This document shows positions 1-9,800 of a stretch of DNA of 50,257 nt, in pieces. The notes under the pieces are model-generated. The model did not search any database. It had not been told where the DNA came from and worked only from the letters and a program-made list of their open reading frames with translations. The position numbers and the translations under genes were made by a program. Source of the DNA: Anaerolineae bacterium (lineage in GTDB: Bacteria; Chloroflexota; Anaerolineae; Aggregatilineales; Phototrophicaceae); the NCBI GenBank assembly GCA_034437635.1, contig DAOTTT010000053.1, positions 1 to 50,257 on the forward strand. The letters run 5' to 3'. How positions within the stretch are numbered: position 1 is the first letter of the stretch; the number at the start of each line of letters is the position of its first letter.

Positions 1-137
1 CGTATTTTACCAAGAAGCATGACAAAGCATGGCAAGCTATTATGGAAACTTAACGTTTAGCCTATCCTATCAATAACATAGGCTAAAAAACAAAAAAAGG
101 AGTATGATAAGGGTAGAGTAACGTTGAAAAGAAAATA

Positions 138-2072
138 TTGATGAGTTTATCTAACACCGTTAAACACCGTTTAAAAACAACAGCCCAAAAGAACGATATC
201 ACATGCGATGAGTTGGTCATACGCATGATCGAGCAATTTGAAGCAGAGCAAGAAGCAATCCAAAACGTAGATACCAATAAGACAACCGCGCAGGAATTTC
301 TATGCGTCCTGACGTTATCCGGGCACATCACCCATACGAATGCCGACTTTCGGGATGTCATCGGCGCGGATGTCACAAACTTCTTCGACTGCATCCCGGC
401 GGAAGACCGCAACAACTTACGCTTGATGTTCTTACACAACGCAGACCACCCGCTGCATAACTGGCACAATCGAATCTTTACAGCCGATGGCTTAGAGCAA
501 TGGATAAGTTGGAACATCACCGTTAATGAAACACAAAAAACCTGGCACTTTACCGGGCATCGCATCGCGCCTAAGGAAAAATCACTTCATCTCATCAGCA
601 GCATTCTGGAGAGCATCACCGATGCCTTCTTCGCCCTGGATGACACGTTCCGGTTTATTTATGTCAACGCCGAAGCAGAGAAATTGCTCCAACAAGAGCG
701 GAATCACCTGATCGGTCGAAGCATTTGGGCCGCATTCCCGGAAGCTATCAATAGCACGTTCCAAACACAATACGAAAAAGCGCTCAAAACGCAGCAAAAA
801 TCTGAATTTTTGGAATATTACGCACCACTCGATATCTGGTTGGAGGTCAATACATATCCATCGACCGTCGGCCTATCCGTTTACTTCCGTGATGTAACAC
901 ATCGTAAACGCTTAGAGCAACGCCTCAACGAAATTATCAATACGCTAGAAGACCATGCGGAGCAGCGCACAGAAGAACTTACGCTATTGATGCACAAGCA
1001 AGCCCGCTTTGTTCAAGTCCTGGAACTCACAAGCGATCTTGTGTCGATGTGCGACAGCAACGGCTGGCTGACTTACATCAACCAAGCCGGTAAAGATATG
1101 ATCGGCATTGCGCATGATGCAAGCGCCCAAAAGTACCGCACAAAAGACTTTTACGACGATGAAACATGGCAGCACATCAACGATGAGATCATACCGCATG
1201 TGAACCGTGATGGCATTTGGCAAGGCGAAATTACGATCACCACACTAAACAATAAACGAATTATCACATCACAAGTTATTTTGCGACATCAGACCGATAA
1301 TGAAGTCATTTACTCTGCGGTTGGCCGCGACATCACCGCACAAAAACAGACCGAAGAAGAACTGCGCAATCTGCTACAAAAGCAGAAGGAACTAGCCGAG
1401 CTAAGAAGCCGGATCACGTCGATGGTCTCGCACGAGTTCCGCACGCCCCTCGCGACGATACGCTCATCCAGTGACTTGCTCCATAGCTATCATGACCGTA
1501 TGACACCGGAGCGACAACGCGAGTATATCGAAAAGATCCAAGCGCAGATCACACACTTATCCATGCTGATGGATAGCGTCGTAACGATCAATCGAGAGGA
1601 ATCTATCGGCGTGACGTATACCCCGAAGAGGCTTCACATCGCGGGTATTTGCCGCGAAATCGTCATGGACATACAGCTTTTGTATCGGGACAGTCATACG
1701 ATTGGTTATAGCGTCGTCGGGGAAGACATCGCCCACCAGTGGGACGAACGGCTTATCCGGCAGTTGGTGATTAACTTGTTATCTAATGCTATCAAATACT
1801 CGCCGAAAGAAACCCATGTGAGTATGACGCTTGCACACGAAGCCGAAGAGGTTATCATCACCGTGACTGACCAAGGCATCGGTATTCCAGAAGATGACTT
1901 TGATCGCATCTTTGAGAGCTTTCATCGCGGGAGCAACGTCGGCACGATAGAAGGCACCGGCTTGGGGATGCCACTCATCAAGCAAGCCGTAGACGCGCAC
2001 GGCGGCACAGTGGATATTCAAAGCGCCGTTGACCAAGGCTCAACGTTTACCGTGACATTGCCCATCCGCTAA
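138..2072 (+). CDS. Cytoplasmic multi-PAS sensor histidine kinase (PAS-PAS-HisKA-HATPase_c)
   Basis: 644-aa ORF with no TM segments. H-box SHEFRTPLATI, N-box NLLSNAIKYS and G-box GTGLGMPL are present, with PAS-like blocks upstream. TTG at 138; first ATG at 141. Confidence 0.85.
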   Translation: MMSLSNTVKHRLKTTAQKNDITCDELVIRMIEQFEAEQEAIQNVDTNKTTAQEFLCVLTLSGHITHTNADFRDVIGADVTNFFDCIPAEDRNNLRLMFLHNADHPLHNWHNRIFTADGLEQWISWNITVNETQKTWHFTGHRIAPKEKSLHLISSILESITDAFFALDDTFRFIYVNAEAEKLLQQERNHLIGRSIWAAFPEAINSTFQTQYEKALKTQQKSEFLEYYAPLDIWLEVNTYPSTVGLSVYFRDVTHRKRLEQRLNEIINTLEDHAEQRTEELTLLMHKQARFVQVLELTSDLVSMCDSNGWLTYINQAGKDMIGIAHDASAQKYRTKDFYDDETWQHINDEIIPHVNRDGIWQGEITITTLNNKRIITSQVILRHQTDNEVIYSAVGRDITAQKQTEEELRNLLQKQKELAELRSRITSMVSHEFRTPLATIRSSSDLLHSYHDRMTPERQREYIEKIQAQITHLSMLMDSVVTINREESIGVTYTPKRLHIAGICREIVMDIQLLYRDSHTIGYSVVGEDIAHQWDERLIRQLVINLLSNAIKYSPKETHVSMTLAHEAEEVIITVTDQGIGIPEDDFDRIFESFHRGSNVGTIEGTGLGMPLIKQAVDAHGGTVDIQSAVDQGSTFTVTLPIR

Positions 2073-2175
2073 AGCGATGAGTCTACTTCGTAGAGAAATT
2101 GCGCCGCGTCGTCAACGGTAAGGGCGATATAGATCTGTTTGCGCATGATGCGCATAAAATGAAGGATAAAATGCT

Positions 2176-3150
2176 ATGCGTTGGTTATTTTTCGCGTTGA
2201 TGGTGATGCTATCAGGTATCGGTATTCATGCACAAGAAGATGCCCCATCGCTCACCTGCCCGGAGGACTTCGCCGGGTATTTAGCCCCACGCTTGAGTGT
2301 CGGTAATTCCGCCCGTGTGCTGACCGTGCCGCTGAACCTCCGGCCGGAGGCCAGCACCGCCCGCGCCCGTTTGGATCAACTACAACCGGGGACAACGGTG
2401 CAGATCACCGATGGGCCGCGCTGCAATGAGGGCTATGTATGGTGGCAGGCCGTCCACAACGCGCAAACCGGGTGGATTGCGGAAGGCACCAGCGCCGACA
2501 ACACCTATTGGACACAACCACGCGGCGAACTGGTCTATCTCGACGGGGGAGACGGCATCGCCCGCCCTTACATCCGCCGGGCAGATGACACGCTTGAGCC
2601 TGCCGGGTGCATCCGTCCACCGGATAATTACAACCGCGTTTCTATTGGCTATGCCACGCTCAACCAGCGCACGCTATTTATGCTGGAACAAGCCTCCAAC
2701 ACCTGGCAATCGTTCGGCGGGGTGTATCGCTTCCGCGATCTCATCACGCAGGGCGGCTATAACAACGGCGCAGTCGAAGCCAGCTTCGGCACGCATGACG
2801 GCGGCGGCGCGGTGGATATTTCCGTGCGGAGCCGTGTAGATTGGAGTGTGATGTGGGCGGAAATCCCGTATATGATCGAGGCATTGCGCATCGCCGGGTT
2901 TGCCGCATGGGTGCGCGAGGACGGCGAACTTTACCCCAATTCGCCCATACACATTCATGCCATCGCCGTCGGTGACGCGGAATTATCGCCTGCCGCCCAA
3001 GCTCAGATCGACGGCGAACGCGGGTATCTGCGCGGGTATAACGGCCTACCGGCAAGCTACGGCGAGCCGATCCCGGATAAATGGGGCGAGCCGGTCATCT
3101 GCCAATGGATGATCGATGATGGTTGGCCGGATTTGCGTGTAGCGGGGTAA
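2176..3150 (+). CDS. Secreted SH3b-domain / LAS-type (M15-like) zinc peptidase, probable cell-wall DD- or LD-peptidase
   Basis: Signal peptide MRWLFFALMVMLSGIGIHAQ. SH3b-like block GTTVQITDGPRCNEGYVWWQAVHNAQTGWIAEG. Zn-ligand motifs H-x6-D (HDGGGAVD) and HxH (HIHAIA). Confidence 0.6.
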   Translation: MRWLFFALMVMLSGIGIHAQEDAPSLTCPEDFAGYLAPRLSVGNSARVLTVPLNLRPEASTARARLDQLQPGTTVQITDGPRCNEGYVWWQAVHNAQTGWIAEGTSADNTYWTQPRGELVYLDGGDGIARPYIRRADDTLEPAGCIRPPDNYNRVSIGYATLNQRTLFMLEQASNTWQSFGGVYRFRDLITQGGYNNGAVEASFGTHDGGGAVDISVRSRVDWSVMWAEIPYMIEALRIAGFAAWVREDGELYPNSPIHIHAIAVGDAELSPAAQAQIDGERGYLRGYNGLPASYGEPIPDKWGEPVICQWMIDDGWPDLRVAG

Positions 3151-3165
3151 CTATTCGCGGCGACC

Positions 3166-4719
3166 TCACTCGTCGTCGGCATGTCTTTCGCGGGTCTTGC
3201 GGTCGATAATCGCCAGTTCTTTGGTGGCCGGGCGGCGGTTGCGCTGGATAAGCGGGATACGTGGGCGCGTGGAACGACTGTGACTTTCGGTTTCATCGGA
3301 TTCATCGCGGTTCGGGTCGTACACCGGGATCGTCACGGAGAAAGTCGTGCCCTCATCCGGGACACTTGTCACGCTGATTGTACCATTATGCGCTTCTGCG
3401 ATCCACTTCGCAATGGACAAGCCCAAGCCGAAGCCTTCGTTATCGTAATGATGACGCGAGGTTTCCGTCTGGAAGAAGCGTTCAAACACATGCTTCGTGT
3501 CCTCTTGGCTGATGCCGATGCCCGTATCTTTGACCCACAACACCGCATGATCGTTAATGTTCTCCAGGCCAATGACGATTTCGCCGCCGTCCGGCGTAAA
3601 CTTGACGGCGTTATTGACGAGATTATAAATCACCTGCTTGATGCGGTCAGCGTTCCCGTTGATGCGCACTGGCTCAAAATGCCCCAAACGCACTGTAAGG
3701 TCACGGTCTTTTGCCAACACTTCACATTGCTGGAAGGAATCCATCACCACGACATCGAGATCAAGCGGATACAATTCAACATCAACACCGCCATAATCCG
3801 CCCGTGCCAGCATCAGCAGATCGCTGACTAAGCGCGACATCCGCCCGATTTCACTTTCGATGGCTTCTGCGGAGAGTTCATCCATACCATAACGCCGCAT
3901 CAAGTCAAAGTGACCTTGGATGGCCGTCAACGGCGTGCGCAACTCGTGGCTTATATCCGCCACGAAACGCTTCTGCACGCTAAACAGATGCTCGATGCGC
4001 TCCATCATCTTGTTGAAGACGTTAGTCAGTTTGCCGAGTTCGTCGTTGGGGCCGCTCCAATCTAAGCGGGTTTGTAGGTCATTGGTGTTGGCGATGCTGG
4101 CTGCCGCGTTAGTAATATCACCGATGGGCTGCAAGGCGCGATGGGTAAACCACATACTGAGCAAACCCGCGCCGACAATAGCAAAGCCACACGCCACCAG
4201 CGTAATCACCAGTAGCGTATCTGTCGCAACGTTGACTTGATCTAAGGGGACGGCAACTTGAATATTGCCGACAATCTGCGCACCGCCACCGCTTGCCGTG
4301 ATAGGCTTCGTCAGCACGCGCATATTCAGCCCGGCGACCATCGTACTGTGGATGGTCGCCGTCACAGCGCCGAGTGCCTCTGCGTCAAGCGGCGTTGACC
4401 CTAGCCCCTCCGCAGTGAGCGAAGCGGCTTTAAACTCGTAACCATTATCCACAAATTCCCATGCTTGGACATATACCCCAGGGGCACGCAGCATATCCAG
4501 CGGTGCAAGGTCAATATTGACCCTTGGCGAATCGCCAAAGGTCGGCTCCGAGTAAATACGGCTGTTGCGCGTGATGAGGCTGGCGGTTTCCGCCAGCCCG
4601 CTGTCAATATTGCTAATCATCGTGAACCGCATCACGCCGTATGTTGAAACACCAAACACGATAATAATCATGGTGAGCAGCACGGCATAATACAGCGTGA
4701 GCCGCTTACGAATTGCCAT
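3166..4719 (-). CDS. Membrane sensor histidine kinase (2 TM, periplasmic loop, HAMP, HisKA, HATPase_c)
   Basis: 517 aa. H-box SHELRTPLTAIQGH, N-box NLVNNAVKFT, G-box GFGLGLSIA. Lies 24 nt downstream of an OmpR-type regulator on the same strand. Confidence 0.9.
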   Translation of the reverse strand: MAIRKRLTLYYAVLLTMIIIVFGVSTYGVMRFTMISNIDSGLAETASLITRNSRIYSEPTFGDSPRVNIDLAPLDMLRAPGVYVQAWEFVDNGYEFKAASLTAEGLGSTPLDAEALGAVTATIHSTMVAGLNMRVLTKPITASGGGAQIVGNIQVAVPLDQVNVATDTLLVITLVACGFAIVGAGLLSMWFTHRALQPIGDITNAAASIANTNDLQTRLDWSGPNDELGKLTNVFNKMMERIEHLFSVQKRFVADISHELRTPLTAIQGHFDLMRRYGMDELSAEAIESEIGRMSRLVSDLLMLARADYGGVDVELYPLDLDVVVMDSFQQCEVLAKDRDLTVRLGHFEPVRINGNADRIKQVIYNLVNNAVKFTPDGGEIVIGLENINDHAVLWVKDTGIGISQEDTKHVFERFFQTETSRHHYDNEGFGLGLSIAKWIAEAHNGTISVTSVPDEGTTFSVTIPVYDPNRDESDETESHSRSTRPRIPLIQRNRRPATKELAIIDRKTRERHADDE

Positions 4720-4743
4720 ATGTTCTCGTCAGCCTACCTGCTT

Positions 4744-5424
4744 TTATTCCTCGCGGAGGACATAACCGACCCCACGCACTGTATGGATTAAGCGACTTTC
4801 TTCTTCGGATTCGGTCTTCTGGCGCAAATAGCGCACATAGACTTCAATGATGTTGCTCTCTCCGCCGAAGTCGTAGCCCCATACACGATCAAAAATAACA
4901 TCGCGGGTCAATACCTGACGCGGATTGCGCATGAAGAGTTCGAGCAATTCGTACTCTTTGGCAGTCAGGTCGATCGCACGATCACCACGATGGGCGCGGT
5001 GTGTGCCTGTATCCAATGTAAGATCAGCGAAACGCAGTACCTCCGGGCGTGATGTCGGCGTTACACGGCGGAACATTGCCCGCACACGCGCCATAAGTTC
5101 ATCTACGGAGAAAGGTTTAACCAAATAGTCATCTGCACCAGCGTCCAGCCCGGTCACCCGGTCGTTAATGTCGTCTTTAGCTGTCAACATCAAAATCGGG
5201 ACTTCGCTAGCCGCACGCAAACGCTTGCAGACCTCTAGGCCATCAATGCCGGGCAGCATCCAATCCAAGATCACCAAGTCCGGCGGGTTGTCCCGCGCGA
5301 TGGTTAATCCTGTTTGCCCATCACGGGCAACATTGACACGGTACCCTTCGTAGATCAGGCCACGCTCGATAAATTGTGCAATTCTTGCTTCGTCTTCAAT
5401 GACGAGAATACGTTCACCAGACAT
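4744..5424 (-). CDS. OmpR/PhoB-family response regulator
   Basis: 226 aa. Receiver motifs [21 protein letters not shown] and LTAKD. Winged-helix C-terminus ([18 protein letters not shown]). Confidence 0.92.
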   Translation of the reverse strand: MSGERILVIEDEARIAQFIERGLIYEGYRVNVARDGQTGLTIARDNPPDLVILDWMLPGIDGLEVCKRLRAASEVPILMLTAKDDINDRVTGLDAGADDYLVKPFSVDELMARVRAMFRRVTPTSRPEVLRFADLTLDTGTHRAHRGDRAIDLTAKEYELLELFMRNPRQVLTRDVIFDRVWGYDFGGESNIIEVYVRYLRQKTESEEESRLIHTVRGVGYVLREE

Positions 5425-5515
5425 ATATAAACTTCCTCTGCGTTGTCTCTAATCGTAAACTTTGAGAATGAGCAGGATACATACCCTGCATTAAAAATCG
5501 GTAAATCTCGCTGTA

Positions 5516-7432
5516 TTATTCCCATCTTACTGCAATTATGCCGCCCGGACGCTGAAGAACGGACAATTCATCACCGTTGACAATCACCAGTTGATCCGTA
5601 TCACCACTCACCCCAGCCACTTGTAGACCATCAGCGGAGAGCCGCGCCGCACGGATAAAGCCGAGATCGGCCAGGGGGGTAAAGTCCCCGCCTGTGATGG
5701 GCACGAAGCCTAATGTCACACGGTCAGGGCCGAACGTCTGCCGCGTGCGAACAATCGCCCTAAACGTCCCAGGGTCGAACTGCGCCGCGTCCACAATCTC
5801 GAAGGCGTTCGTCGTCCATAACGGTAACACGCTGATCGGGTCAACGCGACTGTCAATTAAGGCGAGTTCGGTCCCTTGCGGCGCATTGCGCCAAGCCAAC
5901 ATACGCCCATCGACTAACCATAATGCTCTATCATACGTGTCTATCGTTAATAATGCCTCAGAAACCGGATCAAAAACGGCGATTTCTGGGCTTTCACTCA
6001 CCAGATGGATGAGCAAAGCATTAACATTGGGCGCGAAAGCCGGGCGACGGACGTTCACCCCTTCACTATTAGGCAGAATCAAGGTCGGCGCGTTTAACTC
6101 TGCGGTGGGTGTGGTGGCTACCTGCCACAGGCCGCCATCCACAATGTTGGTCGTCACATAATACAGTAACGTGCCATCCGCACTAAAAGTTAAATCAGTG
6201 GCCGTATCGTTGACCTTCGCCAGTTCGACGGGTTCATCCCCGGTTTGCAGCCACAACGACCCGCCGCTGCTATACGCGACCGTATCCCCACGCAGGGCGA
6301 AATCAACCACATCAAAATCGACCTGTGTCAGTTGTTGGCGCGGGGAGCCATCCGCAGGCAAGCGCCACGCTTGCATCACGCCGAAGCTCGGCGCACGGAA
6401 CGTCACATCTTGCCCGGTGGCGATGCCCTCTTGCCCAACCGGGAGCAACGCCCCCCAGCCAAACGCGACGGCGCTCCCCACAGGCAGCGCAAAGCCGACC
6501 CCTTCCAGCGGCAGCACCAACGAGAGCGCCCCATCACGAAACGACAGCATCAACTCCCCGCGTGGCACCCAGCTTAAGCCCGTCACATCGAGATCGTTTT
6601 CGCTGGTTGTCTCCACCGTGCCCGTCGCCGCGTCGATCACTTGATAAAACGCGCCGCTCTCCCCGATGACGGGTTCGTCCGGTTGGCGGGATAGCACGGC
6701 AATCCGTCCATCCGGGCGCACATACGGATAACGATATAAGCGGTTGGCCGGGCGGATGACCGTCTGTGTGTTCACGTTATCGAGATCCAGCAGCAACAGG
6801 CCGCCTTCCGCCGGGGCGAAGACCAAGCGCCCGCCATCCAGCCACGACGTGCCAAACGAGAACGGCAACGCCCCGGTGATGGGCATCGCGTTAGCTTCGC
6901 GGCGATACAGCCACCACACCCGCGCTTCCGCCTCCGCTGCGAGATACCGACCATCCAGCGACCACGCCAGATGCCGCAGCGGGCTAACGGCAATATCCGT
7001 AAACTGTGTGCCCGTCGCGCTGAGGTTAAACGCGACCCGTGCGCCGTATTCGGTAGTATACGCCAGCGCATCCCCTGTAGGCGACCAGTCAAGGGTCTGC
7101 CCGCCGGTGCGCAGCGGCGGGAAGTTGGCCGTCGTGCCTTCCACTTGTAGCGGGTCGCTTTCGGGCGCTTCCATATCGTACAAATAAAGGCCGTCCGCGC
7201 TGCGATACGCGATCCAGCGGCCATCCGGCGCGACAGCAAAATCAACGACAAAAACATCCGGTGGTGTGACCGCTTGCACACCTGCCGCCCCCAAGCCGAC
7301 TCGCTCTACACGGCCTTCATTGAGTAGAATATACAATCCGGTCGGCAGGTCTTGTCCATCACTCTGTGCGGCCACACGCCCCACAGCAAGCAACAACAAC
7401 AAACACCCAACCAGAACCAACTTTCGTAACAT
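5516..7432 (-). CDS. Secreted TolB-like beta-propeller protein, function unknown
   Basis: 638 aa. Signal peptide ending VAAQ. Repeated PDGR/SPDG-type blade motifs (APDGRWIAY, SLDGRYLA, RPDGRIAV, SADGTLLYY). RBS GGAGGG. Confidence 0.6.
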   Translation of the reverse strand: MLRKLVLVGCLLLLLAVGRVAAQSDGQDLPTGLYILLNEGRVERVGLGAAGVQAVTPPDVFVVDFAVAPDGRWIAYRSADGLYLYDMEAPESDPLQVEGTTANFPPLRTGGQTLDWSPTGDALAYTTEYGARVAFNLSATGTQFTDIAVSPLRHLAWSLDGRYLAAEAEARVWWLYRREANAMPITGALPFSFGTSWLDGGRLVFAPAEGGLLLLDLDNVNTQTVIRPANRLYRYPYVRPDGRIAVLSRQPDEPVIGESGAFYQVIDAATGTVETTSENDLDVTGLSWVPRGELMLSFRDGALSLVLPLEGVGFALPVGSAVAFGWGALLPVGQEGIATGQDVTFRAPSFGVMQAWRLPADGSPRQQLTQVDFDVVDFALRGDTVAYSSGGSLWLQTGDEPVELAKVNDTATDLTFSADGTLLYYVTTNIVDGGLWQVATTPTAELNAPTLILPNSEGVNVRRPAFAPNVNALLIHLVSESPEIAVFDPVSEALLTIDTYDRALWLVDGRMLAWRNAPQGTELALIDSRVDPISVLPLWTTNAFEIVDAAQFDPGTFRAIVRTRQTFGPDRVTLGFVPITGGDFTPLADLGFIRAARLSADGLQVAGVSGDTDQLVIVNGDELSVLQRPGGIIAVRWE

Positions 7433-7524
7433 AGTCCCTCCATACTGAGTCCAAGCATTTCTATTATACGGTTTGTCTGCAAACTATGCTTGGTTCACAT
7501 GCGGAACAATAAGATCACCCCCGG

Positions 7525-7553
7525 TTGACCATAAAATTAACCCATGTTAAAAT
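7525..7553 (+). promoter_or_regulatory. Sigma70-type promoter for the metal ATPase
   Basis: TTGACC (7525-7530), a 17-nt spacer, then TAAAAT (7548-7553), about 44 nt upstream of the ATG at 7597. Confidence 0.55.
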
Positions 7554-7596
7554 AGAGTCATTAAACAAGAAATTCTATACACAACAGGAGTTGTGA

Positions 7597-9576
7597 ATGA
7601 TTATCAACACTGGGTTAAACCCCGTCATACACGATCAACACGAAGACGACAACAACGGACATGCAATTTTTTCGCAAGAATGGCTCGAACCGCGCTTAGT
7701 CGGCGTAACAGCCGCTGCGATTGTCGCCAGCTTCATCGGCGGGCAGGTGGGCATCCCGGCATGGCTGGATGGCGTATTGGGCTTAATCGCCTATATCGCC
7801 GGGGGCTTGTATGGCTTGCAGACGGCCTTACACTCGCTTTTTGTGGAGCGCGTGCTGGATGTTGACCTGTTGATGATCTTAGCGGCGTTGGGGGCGGCGT
7901 TCATCGGCGCATGGCACGAAGGCGCTATTTTGCTGTTCCTGTTTTCGCTGTCTAACGTCTTGCAGGATTACGCCATCGGGCGCAGCCGCAACGCCATCAA
8001 GAGCCTGTTTAAGCTCTACCCGGAAGAAGCCCGCGTCAAGCGTGGCGACACCGTGCAGACCATCAAATTCGACCAAATCCGCAAGGACGATCTGGTTTTG
8101 ATCGAACCGGGCGAGCGCATCCCGGTGGATGGTGAAGTCGTCACGGGCGCGTCAGCGGTGGACGAAAGCCCCATCACCGGCGAGAGTATGCCTGTAGAAA
8201 AGCAGATAGGCGATCAAGTCTTCGCCGGGACGCTCAACAAGCAAGGCGCGTTAGACGTGCGAGCGACCAAGACCGCCAGCAACAACACCCTAGCGCGGAT
8301 CATCCAGATGGTGGAAGACGCGCAAGAAAACCAAGCGCCGACCGAACGCTTTTTAGAGACGTTCGAGCAGTATTACGCCGGGTTCATCGTGTTCAGCGTT
8401 TTGCTCATTATCATCATCCCGCCGCTGCTGTTCAACGCGAATTTTGACGCGAACTTCTACCGCGCAATGGTCTTGATGACCGTCGCTAGCCCGTGCGCGT
8501 TGGTGATTAGCGTACCGGCATCGTTTATCAGCGCCATTGCTGCCGCCGCCCGCATGGGTATCTTGTTTAAAGGCGGCGCATATCTGGAACAAATGGCGAC
8601 TGTGAAAGCGATTGCCTTTGATAAAACGGGCACGCTCACCAGTGGCAAGCCCGCCGTGACCAACATCGTCACGCACGAAATCAGCGAAGCCGACCTGATA
8701 CACATCGCCGCCAGTGCGGAGGCCCGCAGCGAGCATCCACTCGCCAAGGCCATCGTCCGCGAAGCCGAGACACGCGGCATCACTTACGACACCATTGATA
8801 GCTTCGAGGCGAAATCCGGGCAAGGCGTGGAAGTCGTGCTCAATGGGCAGACGATCAACGTGGGCAGCCCGACCTACTTGCAGGCGATTACGCCCATCCC
8901 GCCCGCGCTAGACGACCAACTGCACGCGCTGGAAAGCGACGGGAACACCGTCATCGGCGTGATCCAAGCAGGGACATGGCGCGGCTTGATCGCGTTAGCC
9001 GACCAACTGCGCCCCGAGGCGGTGCAAGTCGTCCAAGGCTTAAAAGCACTCGGCTTAAAAGTCGCCATGTTCACCGGGGATAACCCGCGTGTGGCTGAGG
9101 CAATCGCGGCGCAAGTCGGCATTGATCGCGTCCACGCCGGGCTGATGCCCGAAGAAAAGGTCACGGCGCTGCGCCAACTCCAAGACGAGATCGGCGCGGT
9201 GGCGATGGTCGGGGATGGCGTTAACGATGCCCCGGCGCTAGCGACTGCTCAGATCGGCATGGCGATGGGTGCCGCCGGTACAGACGTGGCGCTCGAAACG
9301 GCGGACGTGGTGCTCATGGGCGACAAGCTCGCGCTCATTGAACAGGCTATCGCCCTGAGCCAGAAGGCGCGGCGCGTCGTTTGGCAGAATATCGTCTTCT
9401 CGCTGGCCGTCATCGTGATGCTAGTCTTAGGCGCACTGTTCATCAATCTGCCGCTGCCGCTCGGTGTGCTAGGGCACGAGGGCAGCACCGTGATCGTCGT
9501 CCTCAATGGCTTGATCGCCCTGCTCATCCTGCCGGAAGTCGCCCGTCGCAAGCGGGAACGCCAACACGCTACATAG
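7597..9576 (+). CDS. Heavy-metal P-type ATPase, P1B-4 subgroup (Co/Zn/Cd-type exporter)
   Basis: 659 aa. DKTGTLT phosphorylation site, TGES, GDGVNDAPAL. SPC in TM6 (VASPCALVIS) and HEGSTVIVVLNG in the last TM. No N-terminal HMA domain. RBS AGGAG. Confidence 0.88.
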   Translation: MIINTGLNPVIHDQHEDDNNGHAIFSQEWLEPRLVGVTAAAIVASFIGGQVGIPAWLDGVLGLIAYIAGGLYGLQTALHSLFVERVLDVDLLMILAALGAAFIGAWHEGAILLFLFSLSNVLQDYAIGRSRNAIKSLFKLYPEEARVKRGDTVQTIKFDQIRKDDLVLIEPGERIPVDGEVVTGASAVDESPITGESMPVEKQIGDQVFAGTLNKQGALDVRATKTASNNTLARIIQMVEDAQENQAPTERFLETFEQYYAGFIVFSVLLIIIIPPLLFNANFDANFYRAMVLMTVASPCALVISVPASFISAIAAAARMGILFKGGAYLEQMATVKAIAFDKTGTLTSGKPAVTNIVTHEISEADLIHIAASAEARSEHPLAKAIVREAETRGITYDTIDSFEAKSGQGVEVVLNGQTINVGSPTYLQAITPIPPALDDQLHALESDGNTVIGVIQAGTWRGLIALADQLRPEAVQVVQGLKALGLKVAMFTGDNPRVAEAIAAQVGIDRVHAGLMPEEKVTALRQLQDEIGAVAMVGDGVNDAPALATAQIGMAMGAAGTDVALETADVVLMGDKLALIEQAIALSQKARRVVWQNIVFSLAVIVMLVLGALFINLPLPLGVLGHEGSTVIVVLNGLIALLILPEVARRKRERQHAT

Positions 9577-9600
9577 GGCAAATCACAACATCAAAATGTT

Positions 9601-9637
9601 ATCCCGTTCTGCATTAGGGCGGGATTTTTTGTTTTTT
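9601..9637 (+). terminator. Rho-independent terminator after the ATPase
   Basis: ATCCCG...CGGGAT stem followed by TTTTTTGTTTTTT. Confidence 0.55.
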
Positions 9638-9687
9638 CATCTTACACTCACCAAGCATATATAAGCCCTGACTTATGACAGCTATAA

Positions 9688-9793
9688 GCAACTGATAAGC
9701 CTATATCCCGCATCGGCTCAAAGCCGATGGCTACATTAAACGCTAGGAAGCCCGTAAAGGGCTAGTCAGCGCGAAAGATCAATTTTATACAGC
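9688..9793 (+). mobile_element. MITE-family copy A (left part only, degenerate end, internal module inverted, right end missing)
   Basis: Aligns to copies at 32286 and 50150 (CCTATATCCCGCATCGGCTCAAAGCCGATGGCTACATTAAACGCTAGGAAGCCCGTAAA). The left TIR is reduced to GCAACT..GATAAGCC. Confidence 0.75.
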
Positions 9794-9800
9794 ATTTTTT

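Noticed and set aside
1-137. Hairpin TAGCCTAT...ATAGGCTA followed by an A-run at the left edge, considered as a terminator.
   Set aside because: The U-tract would be on the wrong side for either strand: A-run after the stem on +, T-run before the stem on -. The window edge also prevents seeing the upstream gene.
2130-2152. TGCGCAT-GA-TGCGCAT direct repeat (each unit contains the palindrome ATGCGCAT) upstream of the peptidase gene, considered as an operator.
   Set aside because: It is a single short occurrence with no second site in the window, so there is too little information to call it a regulatory site.
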